DNA of 64,000 bases from an uncultured Actinomycetes bacterium (GTDB lineage Bacteria > Actinomycetota > Thermoleophilia > Gaiellales > JAICJC01), in contig CAVSFZ010000012.1 in assembly GCA_963727235.1 (NCBI GenBank), forward strand, positions 19,408-83,407, given 5' to 3'. Every line of letters begins with the position of its first letter. Position 1 is the stretch's first letter. A program made the translations under genes and the position numbers. Below the pieces are notes generated by a model, which searched no databases, was not told the origin of the DNA, and saw only the letters and a program-made list of their open reading frames with translations. Positions 20,887-33,650 of this stretch are shown here, one piece after another.

Positions 20887-21732
20887 TCACACCGCTGGGT
20901 AATCGTAGAAGCCCTGGCCCGACTTTCGGCCCAGCCGACCGGCTTGCACGTAGCTGCGCAGCAGCGGGCAGGGGCGGTATTTGTCATCGCCGAGACCCTC
21001 GTGCAGCACCTCCATGATCGCCAGCACCGTGTCCAGGCCGATCAGGTCGGCCAACGTCAAAGGCCCCATCGGATGGTTCATTCCGAGCTTCATCACCGTG
21101 TCGATCGAGTCGCGATCGCCGACGCCCTCCATCAGGCAATAGACCGCCTCGTTGATCATCGGAACCAGGATCCGGTTGGAGATGAACCCCGGGTAGTCAT
21201 GGGCTTCGGCCACGGTCTTGCCCATCCGCTCGGCCGCCGAACGCACCGTCGCCGCGGTCTCGTCGCTCGTCTCCAAGCCACGGATCAGCTCGACCAGCGG
21301 CATCAACGGCACCGGGTTCATGAAGTGCATGCCGACGACCCGCTGAGGCCGCGAGGTCACGGAGGCCAGCTTGGTGATCGGAATCGAGCTGGTGTTGGAA
21401 GCCAGCACCGCTCCCTCGCCCAGCGCCTCATCGATCTGCTTGAAGATCTGCAGCTTGAGATCGACGCTCTCGGTGGCCGCCTCGATCGCCAGATCCGCGT
21501 TCACCGGCGCCGACGCCGATGCGATCCGCTCGACCGCGGCAGCCGCCACGTCACTCTCGACCTTGCCTTTCTCCACCAGCTTGGCCAGCGACTGTTGGAT
21601 GCCCGATCGAGCCCGCTCGAGCTGCACGTCGGATACGTCCACCAAGGTCACGTCGAAACCGGCGACGGCAGCCACCTGGGCGATCCCCGACCCCATCTGG
21701 CCGGCACCCACGACACAGATCCGCTGGGTCAC
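20887..21732 (-). CDS. hbd: 3-hydroxybutyryl-CoA dehydrogenase
   Basis: 281 aa with an NAD fold ([15 protein letters not shown]) and a HAD-family C-terminal domain. Confidence 0.9.
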   Translation of the reverse strand: MTQRICVVGAGQMGSGIAQVAAVAGFDVTLVDVSDVQLERARSGIQQSLAKLVEKGKVESDVAAAAVERIASASAPVNADLAIEAATESVDLKLQIFKQIDEALGEGAVLASNTSSIPITKLASVTSRPQRVVGMHFMNPVPLMPLVELIRGLETSDETAATVRSAAERMGKTVAEAHDYPGFISNRILVPMINEAVYCLMEGVGDRDSIDTVMKLGMNHPMGPLTLADLIGLDTVLAIMEVLHEGLGDDKYRPCPLLRSYVQAGRLGRKSGQGFYDYPAV

Positions 21733-22913
21733 GGAGCCGGAACCTCGAGCACGATCGCGTCGCCCTGAGCCGCCCCCGAGCAGATCGCGGCCAGCCCAAT
21801 CCCGCCTCCCCGGCGGCGCAGCTCGTAGATCATCGTGATCATTAGGCGCGCGCCGGAGGCACCCACCGGATGGCCCAGCGCGACCGCTCCGCCGTTGACG
21901 TTGACCTTGTCGGGGTCGACGTCGAGCAGCTTGATCGTGTTCAGCGCAACCGCGCTGAACGCCTCATTGACCTCGATCACGTCGACCTGGTCGAGCGTCA
22001 GGCCCGCCTTGTCCAGCGCCGACCGGGCCGCACCCGCCGGGGTGCGCACCAGGTAGGCGTAGTCGTCGGCCACGTGCCCGCTCGCCAGCACCACCGCCAG
22101 CGGGGCGTGCCCGTGCTCGGCCGCCCACCGCTCGTCTGCCAGCACCATCGCTGCGCCGCCGTCGTTCACGCTGGGGGCATTCCCCGCGGTGGTTGCACCG
22201 TCCTTGGAGAACACGGGCGGCAGCTTCGCCAGCTTCTCGGCCGAGGTGTCACGCCGAGGGCCCTCGTCGTGCTCGACCACCGTTTCGCCCTTGCGGCCCG
22301 GGACAGTCACCGAAACGATCTCCTCGGCCAGCTTGCCCGAGTCGATCGCCGCCACCGCCCGCTGGTGGCTGCGCAATGCCCACGCGTCCTGCGCCTCCCG
22401 GCCGATCCCGATCTCGGCGCTGACATCCGAGTTCTGAGCCGCCATGATCTTGCCGTCGAAGGTGCAGGTGAGCCCGTCGTAGGTCATCGAGTCGACCAGC
22501 ACGCCGTCGCCCATCGTGTAGCCAAACCTCGCTTTGGGCACCAGGTACGGGGCGTTGGACATGCTCTCCATGCCTCCCGCCAGCACGACGTTGTACTCCC
22601 CCGCACGGATGTAGATGTCCGCCATCGCGGCAGCGCGCATGCCGGAGGCGCACACCTTGTTGATCGTCTCCGAGCCGGTCGTCTTGGGCAGCCCGATGCC
22701 GGCCGACACCTGCCGGGACGGGATCTGACCGGCACCCGCCTGCAGCACCTCGCCCATCACGACGTAGTCGATCTGGTCGGGCGCGACGCCCGAACGCTCC
22801 AACGCGCCCGCTGCCGCATGCGTGCCCAGCTGCGGCCCGGACAAAGGTGCCAACCCGCCGCCGAGGCGGCCGAACGGGGTGCGGGCCGCACCGATGACGA
22901 CGGTTCGTGCCAT
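21729..22913 (-). CDS. acetyl-CoA C-acetyltransferase (thiolase II)
   Basis: Starts at ATG 22913 ([15 protein letters not shown]). The active-site regions are [18 protein letters not shown] and [12 protein letters not shown]. Confidence 0.9.
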   Translation of the reverse strand: MARTVVIGAARTPFGRLGGGLAPLSGPQLGTHAAAGALERSGVAPDQIDYVVMGEVLQAGAGQIPSRQVSAGIGLPKTTGSETINKVCASGMRAAAMADIYIRAGEYNVVLAGGMESMSNAPYLVPKARFGYTMGDGVLVDSMTYDGLTCTFDGKIMAAQNSDVSAEIGIGREAQDAWALRSHQRAVAAIDSGKLAEEIVSVTVPGRKGETVVEHDEGPRRDTSAEKLAKLPPVFSKDGATTAGNAPSVNDGGAAMVLADERWAAEHGHAPLAVVLASGHVADDYAYLVRTPAGAARSALDKAGLTLDQVDVIEVNEAFSAVALNTIKLLDVDPDKVNVNGGAVALGHPVGASGARLMITMIYELRRRGGGIGLAAICSGAAQGDAIVLEVPAP

Positions 22914-22932
22914 ACCTGACGCTCCTTGAAAC

Positions 22933-22961
22933 TTGACGATCGGACTCCGATCAAGCATAGT
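22933..22961 (+). promoter_or_regulatory. candidate sigma70-type promoter for the trp leader/operon
   Basis: TTGACG (22933-22938), a 17-nt spacer, then CATAGT (22956-22961). The leader ATG lies 10 nt downstream, so the transcript would be nearly leaderless. This is pattern inspection only. Confidence 0.3.
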
Positions 22962-22971
22962 CAAGCCCAAC

Positions 22972-23031
22972 ATGATGACCGTGAACAGCAACAGCTGGTG
23001 GTGGCGCTACGAGCGAGGTGCGGCCCGCTAG
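22972..23031 (+). CDS. trpL: trp operon leader peptide MMTVNSNSWWWRYERGAAR
   Basis: A 19-codon ORF too short for the ORF track. It has three consecutive TGG codons at 22996-23004 and stops at TAG 23029-23031. It sits between a candidate promoter and a terminator hairpin directly upstream of trpE. Confidence 0.6.
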   Translation: MMTVNSNSWWWRYERGAAR

Positions 23032-23060
23032 CGACCCGGCGGCATCCCACTTCGCTCCTC

Positions 23061-23098
23061 GAGCTCTTCGTCGGACACCGACGGGGAGCTTTTTGTTT
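23061..23098 (+). terminator. intrinsic terminator / attenuator upstream of trpE
   Basis: The stem 23061-23074 (gagctcttcgtcgg) pairs with 23078-23090 (ccgacggggagct), giving about 13 bp including G-U pairs. The loop is aca and the stem is followed by ttttgttt. It ends 12 nt before the trpE ATG. Confidence 0.6.
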
Positions 23099-23110
23099 CC
23101 CGACTCGATC

Positions 23111-24435
23111 ATGACCGAACACATCACCCGCACATTGCCCGCAGACCTGCTGACCCCGGTCGGCGCACACCTGCGTCTGCGCGCCGTCTTGGGCGCGCCG
23201 TCGTTCCTGCTGGAGTCGGTCGAGCGCGGCGAACAGGTGGGCCGCTACTCGTTCCTGGGCGCCGGCCTGCCCACTGTCGACACGCTCGACCAGGCGGCCG
23301 CATTCGCGGCCGCCCGCCCCGGAGCGGCCCCCGGACTCCCGCCGTTCATTGGAGGGGCGGTCGGATACATCGGCTACGACTGGGTCACGGAGCTGGAGCC
23401 GGTGGAGCTGCCCCCGCCCCACCCCGATGATCCCGACCTTCCCCGCACCCGGTTCATGCTGACCGACGCGGTGGTGGCGTTCGACCACGTGCGGCGGGTG
23501 ATCACCGTCACCGGCGAGCCCGAGCCGGTGGACCGGATCGTGGCCGCGTTGAGCACCACCGAGACGGTGGAGGCCGCCGACCCGATGGCCCCGGGCGAGG
23601 CCACGGCAGAGATCCCACACGAGCGCTACCTCGAGATCGTGGAGCGGGCGAAGGAGCACATCGCCGCCGGCGACGCCTTCCAGATCCTGCCCAGCCAGCG
23701 CGTGCACCGCCCCACCCAAGCCTCCGCCTTTGCGCTCTACCGAGCGCTGCGGGCGGTGAATCCGTCGCCGTACATGTTCCTGCTCGACTTCGGCTCGTTC
23801 CAGCTGATCGGCTCCTCGCCCGAGACACACGTGCGGCTGGGGGCAGACGGCGAGTGCGAGCTGCGGCCGATCGCCGGCACCCGGCCCCGCGGCCGCGACG
23901 CCGCCGAGGATGACGCCATGGAGGCCGAGCTGATCGCGTCGGAGAAGGAGCGAGCCGAGCACGTGATGCTGGTCGACCTCGCCCGCAACGATCTCTCCCG
24001 CGTGTGCGCGCCGGGGTCGATCCGGATCGAGCGGTTCATGGACGTGGAGCGCTACTCGCACGTGATGCACATCGTCTCGCGCGTGTTCGGGCAGATCGCC
24101 GAGCCGCACGACGCCGCAGCGCTCTTGCGGGCGACGTTCCCGGCCGGCACCGTCTCGGGCGCGCCCAAGGTACGTGCAATGCAGATCATCTCCGAGCTGG
24201 AGGGGCGCCGCCGGGGAGCGTATGCGGGAGCGGTCGGGTATCTCGGCTTCGGCGGCGACATGGACACCTGCATCGCGATCCGCACACTGGTGCTGTGCGA
24301 CGGCGTCGCATACCTGCAATCCGGCGGCGGCGTGGTCGCCGATTCCAGCCCCGAAGGGGAATACCAGGAGGCGATGAACAAGATCGCGGCGCTGGCGGTC
24401 GCCATCGATCAGGCCGAGACCGGGGTGTACGGGCC

Positions 24436-24439
<4 letters not shown>
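23111..24439 (+). CDS. trpE: anthranilate synthase component I
   Basis: Starts at ATG 23111 (MTEHITRTLPADLLTPV...). Chorismate-binding motifs include GAVGYLGFGGDMDTCIAIRT. Confidence 0.9.
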
Positions 24440-25004
<565 letters not shown>

Positions 25005-25008
<4 letters not shown>

Positions 25009-26042
25009 TCACTGAGGCGATCAAACAGCTGGTGGACGGCCGAGACCTCTCGGGCGAACAGGCCCACGCGGCCATGATGCAGGTGATGAGCGGCGATGCC
25101 AGCCCCGCCCAGATCGCCGCCTTCGTGGTGGCGCTGCGGATGAAGGGCGAGACACCCGACGAGATCGCCGGCTGTGCCCGCGCGATGCGCGCTCACGCGA
25201 CCCCGGCGATCCCCAGCCGCGACGGCCTGGTGGACACCTGCGGCACCGGCGGCGACGGGGCCGAGACGTTCAACATCTCAACCTCGGCGGCCCTGGTGGC
25301 CGCTGCAGCCGGGGTGCCGATCGCCAAGCACGGGAACCGCGCGGTGTCGTCACGGTGCGGATCGGCCGACGTCCTGGAGGCGCTGGGCGTGCGCATCGAT
25401 CTCTCACCCGAAGACGTCGCGCTGAGCGTCGACGAGGTCGGATTCGGCTTCCTGTTCGCGCAAGCCCATCACCCGGCCATGCGCCACGCCGGCCCCGTGC
25501 GGCGCGAGCTGGGCGTGCGCACCGTGTTCAACGTGCTGGGCCCGTTGACCAACCCGGCAGGGGCCCGCCGGCAGGTGATCGGCGTCTATGCGCCGCACCT
25601 GGTCGAGCCGATCGCGCAGGTGCTGGCGCAGCTGGGCGTCGATCACGCCCTCGTGGTTCACGGGGCCGGCGGCCTGGACGAGCTCACCCCGACCGGCGAG
25701 AACATGATGGCCGAGGTACGCGGCCAGCAGATCTCGGTGACGACGCTTGACCCGCGGCCGCTGGCCGACGGCCCCGCACCGGGCTCAGCCGCCGACCTGC
25801 GGGTCGAGGGCGGGCCGGTCGAGAACGCCGCGGTGATCCGCACGGTGTTCGACGGCGAGCGCGGACCCCGTCGCGACGCCGTGATCCTCAACGCCGCCGC
25901 CGCCCTCCTGGTGGGGGCCGCGGTCGACGACTTCGAGGCGGGAATCGAGCTCGCCCGGGCGACGATCGACTCCGGCGCCGCCCAGCGCAAGCTGGACGAG
26001 CTGGTGGCGTTCACGCAGGCACACGCCGGAGATCCCGCGTGA
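25005..26042 (+). CDS. trpD: anthranilate phosphoribosyltransferase
   Basis: ATGA overlap with trpG. Motifs are DTCGTGGDGAETFNISTSAALV and KHGNRAVSSRCGSADVLE. Confidence 0.9.
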
Positions 26043-26767
26043 GCGGCTACCTGGAAACACTCGGACGCGAGCTGCGCGAGACCCCTCCGGAGCCCACGCG
26101 CGGGTTCGCCGCTGCGCTGACCGCTGGGCCGAATGTCGCGGTGATCGCCGAGGTCAAGCGCGCGTCGCCGTCGCAGGGTGCGATCGCCCCGGATGCGAGC
26201 ATCGCCCACACAGCATCCGGCTACGCGGAGGGCGGCGCAGCGGCGATGTCGGTGCTGTGCGCCCAGCGCGACTTCGGCGGCAGCCTGGAGCACCTGACCG
26301 AGGCCCGGGCCAGCGCACCGCTGCCGGCGCTGGCCAAGGACTTCACGTTGTTCCCTGAGCAGGTGGCCGCCCAGCGGGTGGCGGGCGCCGACGCAATCCT
26401 GGTGATCCTGGCGATGGTCAGCGACGCCGAGGCCCGCCGCCTGATCGAGCTGGCCGGTCTGCTCGGCATGGACTCCCTGGTGGAGGTGCACGACGAGGGC
26501 GAGTGCGAGCGGGCCGTCGGTCTGGGCGCGCGGGTGATCGGCGCCAACGCCCGCGACCTGCAGACGATGGCGATCGACCCCGATCGCCGAAACCGGCTGA
26601 TCGCCTCGCTGCCCGGCACCGTCGTGCGAGTGGCCGAATCGGGGATCGACAGTCGCGCCGGGGTCGAGGCCGCTCGAGACGCCGGCGCCGACGCGGTGCT
26701 GGTCGGCACCGCGCTGATGCGCGACCCGGAATTGCTGTCACAGATCGCCGGGGTGCCGCGGCCGTGA
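26039..26767 (+). CDS. trpC: indole-3-glycerol-phosphate synthase
   Basis: GTGA overlap with trpD. Motifs are [23 protein letters not shown] and ESGI. Confidence 0.85.
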   Translation: MSGYLETLGRELRETPPEPTRGFAAALTAGPNVAVIAEVKRASPSQGAIAPDASIAHTASGYAEGGAAAMSVLCAQRDFGGSLEHLTEARASAPLPALAKDFTLFPEQVAAQRVAGADAILVILAMVSDAEARRLIELAGLLGMDSLVEVHDEGECERAVGLGARVIGANARDLQTMAIDPDRRNRLIASLPGTVVRVAESGIDSRAGVEAARDAGADAVLVGTALMRDPELLSQIAGVPRP

Positions 26768-27327
26768 GCGTGCTGGTCAAGATCTGCGGCCTCACCCGGC
26801 CCGAGGATGTCGCCGCCGCGGTCGAGGCCGGCGCCGACCTGGTCGGCTTCGTACTGGAGGCATCCAGCCCCCGATCGGTCACGCCCGAGCGGGCCGCGCT
26901 GCTGGCGGCAGACGTTCCGGAGGGTGTGCGCACCGTCGCGGTTGTCGTCTCCGGCGACGGCCCCGATCCCGCGATCACCGACCTGGTGCAGACCTACGAG
27001 CCGGCCGGCCCGCTCCACCGCACGATCGTGGCCACCCGCGGCGAGCCGCCCGCCGACCTGCCCCAAGACGTGCCGCTGCTGCTCGATCTGGCCTTCGGAT
27101 CGTCTCCCGACGAGGCCACGCTGGAAGCGCATTGGCAGCGGGCGGCACGCACTCCCGGTCGGGTGATGCTGGCCGGCAGCCTGACGCCCCGAAACGTCGC
27201 CGCTGCAGTCGCCACCGCCCGGCCGTGGGCGGTCGACACCGCCCGCGGGGTCGAGTCGGCGCCCGGCATCAAGGATCACGACCTGATCCGCAGATTCGTT
27301 ACCGAAGCCAAGGAGGCAGCGTCATGA
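26764..27327 (+). CDS. trpF: phosphoribosylanthranilate isomerase
   Basis: GTGA overlap with trpC. The sequence reads [30 protein letters not shown]... Confidence 0.8.
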   Translation: MSVLVKICGLTRPEDVAAAVEAGADLVGFVLEASSPRSVTPERAALLAADVPEGVRTVAVVVSGDGPDPAITDLVQTYEPAGPLHRTIVATRGEPPADLPQDVPLLLDLAFGSSPDEATLEAHWQRAARTPGRVMLAGSLTPRNVAAAVATARPWAVDTARGVESAPGIKDHDLIRRFVTEAKEAAS

Positions 27328-28490
27328 GCTCGACCATGCCCGACAGCCGAGGCCGGTTCGGAGAGTTTGGGGGCCGGTTCGTGCCCGAGACGGTGATGGG
27401 CGCTCTGGACGAGCTCACCGCCGGATACGAGGCGGCTCGCGCCGACCCCGCGTTCGCGGCCGACATCGAGCAGCTCGCCCGCGACTACGTCGGCCGGCCG
27501 TCACCGCTGTACGAGGCCGAGCGGTTCGCCGAGGGCACCGGCGCCCGCATCCTGCTCAAGCGAGAAGATCTCAATCACACCGGCGCGCACAAGATCAACA
27601 ACGCGGTTGGTCAGGCCCTGCTGGCCGTGCGCCTGGGAAAGCGCCGGGTCGTGGCCGAGACCGGAGCGGGCCAGCACGGCGTCGCCGCGGCCACCGTGTG
27701 TGCTCGCTTCGGGCTGGAGTGCCATGTGTTCATGGGCGAGGAGGACATCCGCCGTCAGCATCCCAACGTGGTTCGGATGGGCATGCTGGGGGCCGAGGTG
27801 GTGCCGGTAACGGCGGGCTCGGGGACGCTCAAGGACGCGATGAACGAGGCCATCCGCGACTGGATCGCAAACGTGGAGACCACCCACTATCTGATCGGAT
27901 CGGCGGCCGGCCCCCACCCCTATCCGATGCTCGTCCGCGACCTCCAGGCGGTGATCGGCCGAGAGGCTCGAGAGCAAACGCTGGAGCGGGCAGGGCGTCT
28001 GCCCGACGCGGTCGTGGCATGCGTCGGCGGCGGCTCGAACGCCATCGGTCTGTTTCACCCGTTCATCGACGATCGCTCGGTGCGGCTGCTGGGCGCCGAA
28101 GCCGGCGGCGACGAGCGCGGGCATGCGGCCAGTCTCAGCCTCGGCCGGGTGTCGGTGCTGCACGGCTCCAAGAGCTATGTGCTGGCCGACGAGGACGGCC
28201 AGGTGGTGGAGTCGCACTCGATCTCGGCCGGCCTCGACTACCCCGGCGTCGGCCCCGAGCACTCGTGGCTGAAATCGACGGGGCGGGCGAGCTACGAGCC
28301 GGTCTCCGATGCCGAAGCGCTGACGGCGTTTCACCGCCTGTGCCGGCTGGAGGGCATCATCCCCGCGCTGGAGTCGGCCCACGCCCTGGCGCTGGCCCAA
28401 CGCGCGGCCCGACCGGGTGAGCTGATCGTGGTCGGCCTCTCCGGGCGCGGCGACAAGGACGTGGACGCCGTGGAGGCACTGCAACCGTGA
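27324..28490 (+). CDS. trpB: tryptophan synthase beta chain
   Basis: ATGA overlap with trpF and an AAGGAGG Shine-Dalgarno at 27310-27316. Motifs are [13 protein letters not shown] and [11 protein letters not shown] (PLP Lys). Confidence 0.95.
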   Translation: MSSTMPDSRGRFGEFGGRFVPETVMGALDELTAGYEAARADPAFAADIEQLARDYVGRPSPLYEAERFAEGTGARILLKREDLNHTGAHKINNAVGQALLAVRLGKRRVVAETGAGQHGVAAATVCARFGLECHVFMGEEDIRRQHPNVVRMGMLGAEVVPVTAGSGTLKDAMNEAIRDWIANVETTHYLIGSAAGPHPYPMLVRDLQAVIGREAREQTLERAGRLPDAVVACVGGGSNAIGLFHPFIDDRSVRLLGAEAGGDERGHAASLSLGRVSVLHGSKSYVLADEDGQVVESHSISAGLDYPGVGPEHSWLKSTGRASYEPVSDAEALTAFHRLCRLEGIIPALESAHALALAQRAARPGELIVVGLSGRGDKDVDAVEALQP

Positions 28491-29227
28491 ACATCTCCAC
28501 CCCAGCGCTGGTGATCTATCTGATGGCCGACACGGACACCGTCGAGCTCGCCCGAGCGGCGGTGGCGGGCGGTGCGACCGCGATCGAGGTGGGGATTCCC
28601 TACTCCGACCCGCTGGCCGACGGGCCCACCATCCAGCGCGCAGCCAACCGCTCGCTGGCCGCCGGGATGACGACACGCAAGGCGCTCGAGCTGATCGGTG
28701 AGATCCGCAGCCACGTCGACGTGCCGATCGTGCCGATGACCTACGCCAGCCCGGTGATGGCACTCGGCGAGGGAGAGTTCTGCCGAGCCGCGGCAGCCGC
28801 CGGCGCCGACGGCGTGATCGTGCCCGACATTCCATCTGACGAAGCCGGGCCGCTGTCGCAGGCCTGTCGCGAGCATGGGCTCGACCTGGTACCGCTGCTC
28901 GCCCCCACCAGCAGCGATCAGCGGATCGAGCTGGCCTGCCGGAATGCCGGCGGTTTCGTGTACCTGGTGAGCGTGACGGGCACCACCGGAGCCCGCGAAC
29001 AGCTGGGCGATCGAGTGGCAGGCCTGATCGAGCGCACCCGCGCCCACACCGCGCTGCCGCTGCTGGTCGGATTTGGCATCTCCACACCGGCGCACGCCCA
29101 GGCGGCACTGGCGGCCGGGGCCGACGGAGTCGTGATCGGCTCGCGTGCGATCGACGTGGCCGAGCAGGGCGGCGCGAGCGCGTTGGACGCGTTCGTGGCC
29201 GATGTGGCACGCGCCCTCGGCGAGTAG
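28487..29227 (+). CDS. trpA: tryptophan synthase alpha chain
   Basis: GTGA overlap with trpB. Motifs are [18 protein letters not shown] and GFGISTP. Confidence 0.9.
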   Translation: MNISTPALVIYLMADTDTVELARAAVAGGATAIEVGIPYSDPLADGPTIQRAANRSLAAGMTTRKALELIGEIRSHVDVPIVPMTYASPVMALGEGEFCRAAAAAGADGVIVPDIPSDEAGPLSQACREHGLDLVPLLAPTSSDQRIELACRNAGGFVYLVSVTGTTGAREQLGDRVAGLIERTRAHTALPLLVGFGISTPAHAQAALAAGADGVVIGSRAIDVAEQGGASALDAFVADVARALGE

Positions 29228-29264
29228 CAACCCCACACCAATCCAGACACGGTAGATTTGGCCG

Positions 29265-29942
29265 ATGCACGTTTTGGTGGTGGAGGACGATCAGGCGCTC
29301 GCGCGCATTCTGGTGAAGTCGATCGAATCGGCGGGTCACACCGCCGAGGTCAGCCACGACGGAGAGCAGGGCCTGGAACTGGCCCGCAGCGGGCGCCACG
29401 ACGCGGTCATCCTCGACCTGATGCTGCCACGGCTTTCGGGCGTCGAGCTGTGCCGGCGGCTGCGGGCAGAGGGCCGTACCGTTCCGGTGCTGATGCTGAC
29501 CGCCCGCTCCGCCGTGTCCGAGCGGATCGAGGGCCTCGACGCCGGCGCTGACGACTACCTGGTCAAGCCCTTCTCGCTGGGAGAGCTCCAGGCCCGCCTG
29601 CGAGCACTGAGCCGGCGAGGCAGCGGCCCGCAGCCCGATGTGATCGAGGCCGGGGAGCTCCAGCTCGACGTCAACGGCCGCGAGGTGCGCGTCGGCGATG
29701 ATCTGGTGGAGCTGACCGGAACCGAGTTCGCGCTGCTCGAGTATCTGATGCGAAACCAGGGCTCGGTGCTCAGTCGCGACCAGCTGCGGCTGGAGGTGTG
29801 GGGCGATGGATTCGAGCCCTCCTCGAACGTCGTGGATATCTACATCCACTACGTGCGCCGCAAGCTCAAGGCTGCCGGGCTCCAACGCGACCCGATCCGC
29901 ACCGTACGCGGCCTCGGGTATGCATTTCGCAAGCCGGAATAG
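29265..29942 (+). CDS. OmpR-family response regulator
   Basis: 225 aa with a receiver domain (VLVVEDD...DAVILDLMLP...DDYLVKPF) and a winged-helix output domain (RTVRGLGYAF). Confidence 0.9.
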   Translation: MHVLVVEDDQALARILVKSIESAGHTAEVSHDGEQGLELARSGRHDAVILDLMLPRLSGVELCRRLRAEGRTVPVLMLTARSAVSERIEGLDAGADDYLVKPFSLGELQARLRALSRRGSGPQPDVIEAGELQLDVNGREVRVGDDLVELTGTEFALLEYLMRNQGSVLSRDQLRLEVWGDGFEPSSNVVDIYIHYVRRKLKAAGLQRDPIRTVRGLGYAFRKPE

Positions 29943-31229
29943 ATGTTCTACCGCGCCCGCTTTCGCCTGACCGCATGGTTCGTCGTCGTCATGGCTGCAT
30001 TCGTGACCGTGCTCGGCGGGGCGGTCTACTACGTCGTCCAGGATCAGCTGCGGAAGCAGGTGGACGATGGCGTTCGCAAAACCGCATTTCGCGCCTCGCG
30101 GGATGTGCACAACGATTACATCAACTCAGGAAGGTCAACCGCGATCGACTATTCGGCCGATGCCGACATCCAAGAGCTCGCCGACGGAGGCCTGTACAAG
30201 CTGACGGTGGTACCACCGCCCTACGGCTCGGGGCTGCTGGGGCGAAACGCCGAGGAGGCCGGCCTGCCGTACGCACAAGGCGTGCTGGCGGCGCTTCAGA
30301 ACGGCCGGGACATGAGCTCGGTGCACGTCGGCCAGGGATCCGTGCGGATCTACTCGGTGCCGGTGGCCGACTCCCAAGGCGTGTTCGCGGTGGTGCAGGT
30401 GGCCCGCTCCACCCTCCCCGAGCAGCAGTCGCTGAACAAGCTCTTGATCGTGCTGCTGGTGGGCGGAGTGGCCAGCGTGCTGGTGGCCGCAGTCGGCGGC
30501 TGGTTCCTGGCCGGAAAAGCGCTCGCACCGGTGCGCGAGGCATTCGATCGCCAGCACGCGTTCGTGGGGGACGCGTCGCATGAGCTGCGCACCCCGCTGG
30601 CCGTGATCCGCGCCAACGCCGAGTACCTGCAGGCCAGCCAGCCGGACTCGGTCGAGATCGCCGACATCGTCAGCGAGACCGACCGGCTGTCCGCCCTGGT
30701 CGATTCGCTGCTGGCGCTGGCCCGCGGCGGGCGCGGCGACCGCCCCCAGCCGGACGTGTTCGACCTGGGGTCGGTGGTGGAGCAGTCGGTCGAGGCCATG
30801 ACCGCCCTGGCAGCCGACAAGTCGGTCGACCTGCGGGTCGACGCTGCCCCCGGGCTGCACATCGAGGGCGATCGCGAGCAGATCCGCCAGCTGGTGGTGA
30901 TCCTGGTGGACAACGCGCTGCGCTACACCCCCTCCGGCGGATCGGTGGCCGTGATCGTCGGTAAAGCGTCGAACGACGCCGCGCTGGAGGTGCGAGACAC
31001 CGGGATCGGCATACCCCGCGAGGCCCAGGATCACGTGTTCGAGCGCTTCTACCGTGCCGACGAGGCCCGCAACCGCGACTCCGGCGGAGCCGGCCTGGGA
31101 CTGGCGATCGCCAAGCAGCTGGTCGAAGATCACGACGGCCGCATCTCGCTCGAATCGGTGCCCGGCGAAGGCTCCACCTTCACCGTGCGGCTGCCGCTGG
31201 CCAGCGCCATAGCCGACGCCAAAGCCTGA
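29943..31229 (+). CDS. membrane sensor histidine kinase (HAMP/HisKA/HATPase)
   Basis: 428 aa with two TM segments and the H-box [16 protein letters not shown]. The N and G boxes are [15 protein letters not shown] and GGAGLGLAI. Confidence 0.9.
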   Translation: MFYRARFRLTAWFVVVMAAFVTVLGGAVYYVVQDQLRKQVDDGVRKTAFRASRDVHNDYINSGRSTAIDYSADADIQELADGGLYKLTVVPPPYGSGLLGRNAEEAGLPYAQGVLAALQNGRDMSSVHVGQGSVRIYSVPVADSQGVFAVVQVARSTLPEQQSLNKLLIVLLVGGVASVLVAAVGGWFLAGKALAPVREAFDRQHAFVGDASHELRTPLAVIRANAEYLQASQPDSVEIADIVSETDRLSALVDSLLALARGGRGDRPQPDVFDLGSVVEQSVEAMTALAADKSVDLRVDAAPGLHIEGDREQIRQLVVILVDNALRYTPSGGSVAVIVGKASNDAALEVRDTGIGIPREAQDHVFERFYRADEARNRDSGGAGLGLAIAKQLVEDHDGRISLESVPGEGSTFTVRLPLASAIADAKA

Positions 31230-31230
31230 G

Positions 31231-31263
31231 GTGAATAAAAGGTGCCAGGCACCTTTTATTCAC
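31231..31263. repeat. 33-bp perfect palindrome, AA/TT subtype
   Basis: Sequence gtgaataaaaggtgcc-a-ggcaccttttattcac. It begins 2 nt after the kinase stop (TGA 31227-31229) and ends 27 nt upstream of the MCC-beta start. Confidence 0.9.
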
Positions 31264-31290
31264 AACCTGGGCATCATCTACGCTGCGCCG

Positions 31291-32874
31291 GTGCCCCGGA
31301 TCGCGTCGACCATCGACTCCCACGGTGACGAGTACCGTCGCAACCGCGAGCGGATGGCGGAGCTCACGGCCGACCTGAAAGCGGCGCTCGACCGGGTACG
31401 CGACGGCGGCGGCGCCGATGCCATGGATCGCCACCGCGCACGCGGCAAGCTTCCTGTGCGAGAGCGGATCGAGCAGCTGATCGATCCCGGCGCGGCCTTC
31501 CTCGAGCTGTCACCGCTGGCCGCCCACGAGATGTACGACGGCCAGGCCCCGGGCGCGGGCATCGTGTGCGGGATCGGTCCGGTCAGCGGGCGAACCTGCG
31601 TGATCGTTGCCAACGACGCCACCGTCAAAGGCGGCAGCTACTTCCCGATGACGGTGAAGAAGCACCTGCGGGCGCAGGAGATCGCCGAGCAGAACCGGCT
31701 GCCGTGCATCTATCTGGTCGATTCGGGCGGTGCCAACCTGCCGTTTCAAGCCGAGGTGTTCCCCGATCGCGAACATTTCGGCCGGATCTTCTACAACCAG
31801 GCTCAGATGTCGGCGGCGGGCATCCCGCAGATCGCGGTGGTGATGGGCTCGTGCACCGCAGGCGGCGCCTACGTCCCGGCGATGAGCGACGAGACGGTGA
31901 TCGTGAAGGGCACCGGCACCATCTTCCTGGGCGGCCCGCCGCTGGTGAAGGCGGCCACCGGCGAGGATGTGACCGCCGAGGAGTTGGGCGGCGGCGAGCT
32001 GCACGCGCGCCACAGCGGGGTGGTCGATCACCTGGCGGATGACGACCCCTCGGCGCTGCGCACCGCCCGTGAGATCGTCGCCAACCTGGGACCGGCAGTG
32101 ACCCCGGCCTGGCCTACCGGGACGGCTCGCGACCCCGAGCTGGACGCGGGCGAGCTGCTCGGCCTGGCCCCGATCGACAGTCGCCGCCAGGGCGACGTGC
32201 GCGAGGTCATCGGCCGGATCGTGGACGGGTCACGGCTGCACGAGTTCAAACGGCTCTACGGTGAGACGCTGGTGTGCGGATTCGCCAGCCTGCACGGCCA
32301 CCCGGTCGCGATCGTGGCATCCAACGGCATCCTGTTCTCGGAGTCGGCGCTGAAAGGCGCGCACTTCGTCGAGTTGGCATGCAAACGCCGGATTCCACTG
32401 GTGTTCCTGCAGAACATCACCGGCTTCATGGTCGGACGGGAATACGAGGCCGGCGGCATCGCCAAGGACGGGGCCAAGCTGGTGACCGCGGTGGCCTGCG
32501 CGCAGGTGCCCAAGTTCACGGTCGTGATCGGCGGCTCGTTCGGCGCCGGAAACTACGCCATGTGCGGCCGTGCCTATTCGCCCCGACAGCTGTGGATGTG
32601 GCCCAACGCGCGCATCTCGGTGATGGGCGGGGCCCAGGCGGCGCGGGTGCTGTCGACCGTCCGCGGCGAACTCGGCGACGCCGAGCGGGAGCAGTTCGAA
32701 GCGCCGATTGTGGAACGATACGAGCGTGAGGGCAGTCCCTACTACTCCACAGCGCGGCTGTGGGACGACGGGGTAATCGACCCGCGTGACACACGCCGGG
32801 TGCTCGCGCTGGGCCTCGAGGCCGCCCGCTGCGCACCGGTACCCGAGACGACCTTCGGGGTGTTTCGGATGTGA
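31291..32874 (+). CDS. methylcrotonyl-CoA carboxylase beta (carboxyltransferase) subunit, liuB-like
   Basis: The acyl-CoA carboxyltransferase fold is evident ([32 protein letters not shown]). I chose the GTG start at 31291 ([22 protein letters not shown]) by N-terminal similarity to MCC-beta. The track start at 31231 lies inside the palindrome. MCC versus PCC is assigned from operon context. Confidence 0.8.
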   Translation: MPRIASTIDSHGDEYRRNRERMAELTADLKAALDRVRDGGGADAMDRHRARGKLPVRERIEQLIDPGAAFLELSPLAAHEMYDGQAPGAGIVCGIGPVSGRTCVIVANDATVKGGSYFPMTVKKHLRAQEIAEQNRLPCIYLVDSGGANLPFQAEVFPDREHFGRIFYNQAQMSAAGIPQIAVVMGSCTAGGAYVPAMSDETVIVKGTGTIFLGGPPLVKAATGEDVTAEELGGGELHARHSGVVDHLADDDPSALRTAREIVANLGPAVTPAWPTGTARDPELDAGELLGLAPIDSRRQGDVREVIGRIVDGSRLHEFKRLYGETLVCGFASLHGHPVAIVASNGILFSESALKGAHFVELACKRRIPLVFLQNITGFMVGREYEAGGIAKDGAKLVTAVACAQVPKFTVVIGGSFGAGNYAMCGRAYSPRQLWMWPNARISVMGGAQAARVLSTVRGELGDAEREQFEAPIVERYEREGSPYYSTARLWDDGVIDPRDTRRVLALGLEAARCAPVPETTFGVFRM

Positions 32875-33650
32875 GCACTGTGACCATGCACACCCAAGGG
32901 CCGGTGACGACCCTGACCCTCAGCCGCCCCGAGGTGCGAAATGCGCTGGGGCCCGAGATGATCATGGAGCTCACCCACCTGTTCCACGCGCTGGCGCTCG
33001 ACGAGAGCCGGGTGATCGTGGTCACCGGGGAGGGCGACGCCTTCTGCGCCGGCGCCGACCTGGAGTGGATGAAGGCCAGCCGCACGCTCAGTGACGACAA
33101 GAACGTGGCGGACGCGGCCACCGCCCGCACCATGTGGGAGACGATCGACTCCTGCCCCAAGCCGGTGATCGCGCGGGTCAACGGGCCGGCGCTGGGAGGC
33201 GGGTCGGGGCTGGTGGCCTGCGCCGACGTGGCGATCGCCGTCGACTCCGCCGTACTCGGGTTCACCGAGGCCCGAGTGGGGCTGATCCCGGCCACGATCT
33301 CGCCTTACGTACTGCGAAAGATCGGCCCTGGACACACCCGCGCCCTGTTCGTCTCCGGCCGCCGGTTCTCCGCCGAGGAGGCCGCCAGGATCGGGCTCGT
33401 CCACCGGGTCGTGGCCGCCGCCGACCTGGACGCGGCGGTCACCGAGACTGCCGACGAGCTGCTGGCCTGCAGCCCGGTTGCGATCGCCGAATCCAAACGG
33501 CTGGTGCGAGACGCCACCGCGCAGCTGGCGCTTGCCGACCTGCCGCTACGGCTGGCGGCGGTACGGGCCGCCCCGGAAGCCCAGGAAGGGCTGGCGGCGT
33601 TCCTCGAGAAGAAACAACCGGGATGGGTAGTGCGATCGACCGAGTCCTGA
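32871..33650 (+). CDS. enoyl-CoA hydratase (methylglutaconyl-CoA hydratase by context, liuC-like)
   Basis: 259 aa crotonase fold ([27 protein letters not shown]). It has a GTGA overlap with the upstream gene. Confidence 0.75.
   Translation: MSTVTMHTQGPVTTLTLSRPEVRNALGPEMIMELTHLFHALALDESRVIVVTGEGDAFCAGADLEWMKASRTLSDDKNVADAATARTMWETIDSCPKPVIARVNGPALGGGSGLVACADVAIAVDSAVLGFTEARVGLIPATISPYVLRKIGPGHTRALFVSGRRFSAEEAARIGLVHRVVAAADLDAAVTETADELLACSPVAIAESKRLVRDATAQLALADLPLRLAAVRAAPEAQEGLAAFLEKKQPGWVVRSTES

Noticed and set aside
33134-33622. N-terminal extensions of track ORFs upstream of the starts I chose. Examples are 33134-33622, 37781-38194, 55182-56735, 57782-58366, 24004-24435, 24672-25004, 26503-26763, 27132-27323 and 4571..5503 upstream of 5158.
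   Set aside because: The extensions are low-complexity, overlap the preceding gene, and precede a start codon that makes a canonical 1-4 nt overlap or matches family N-termini.
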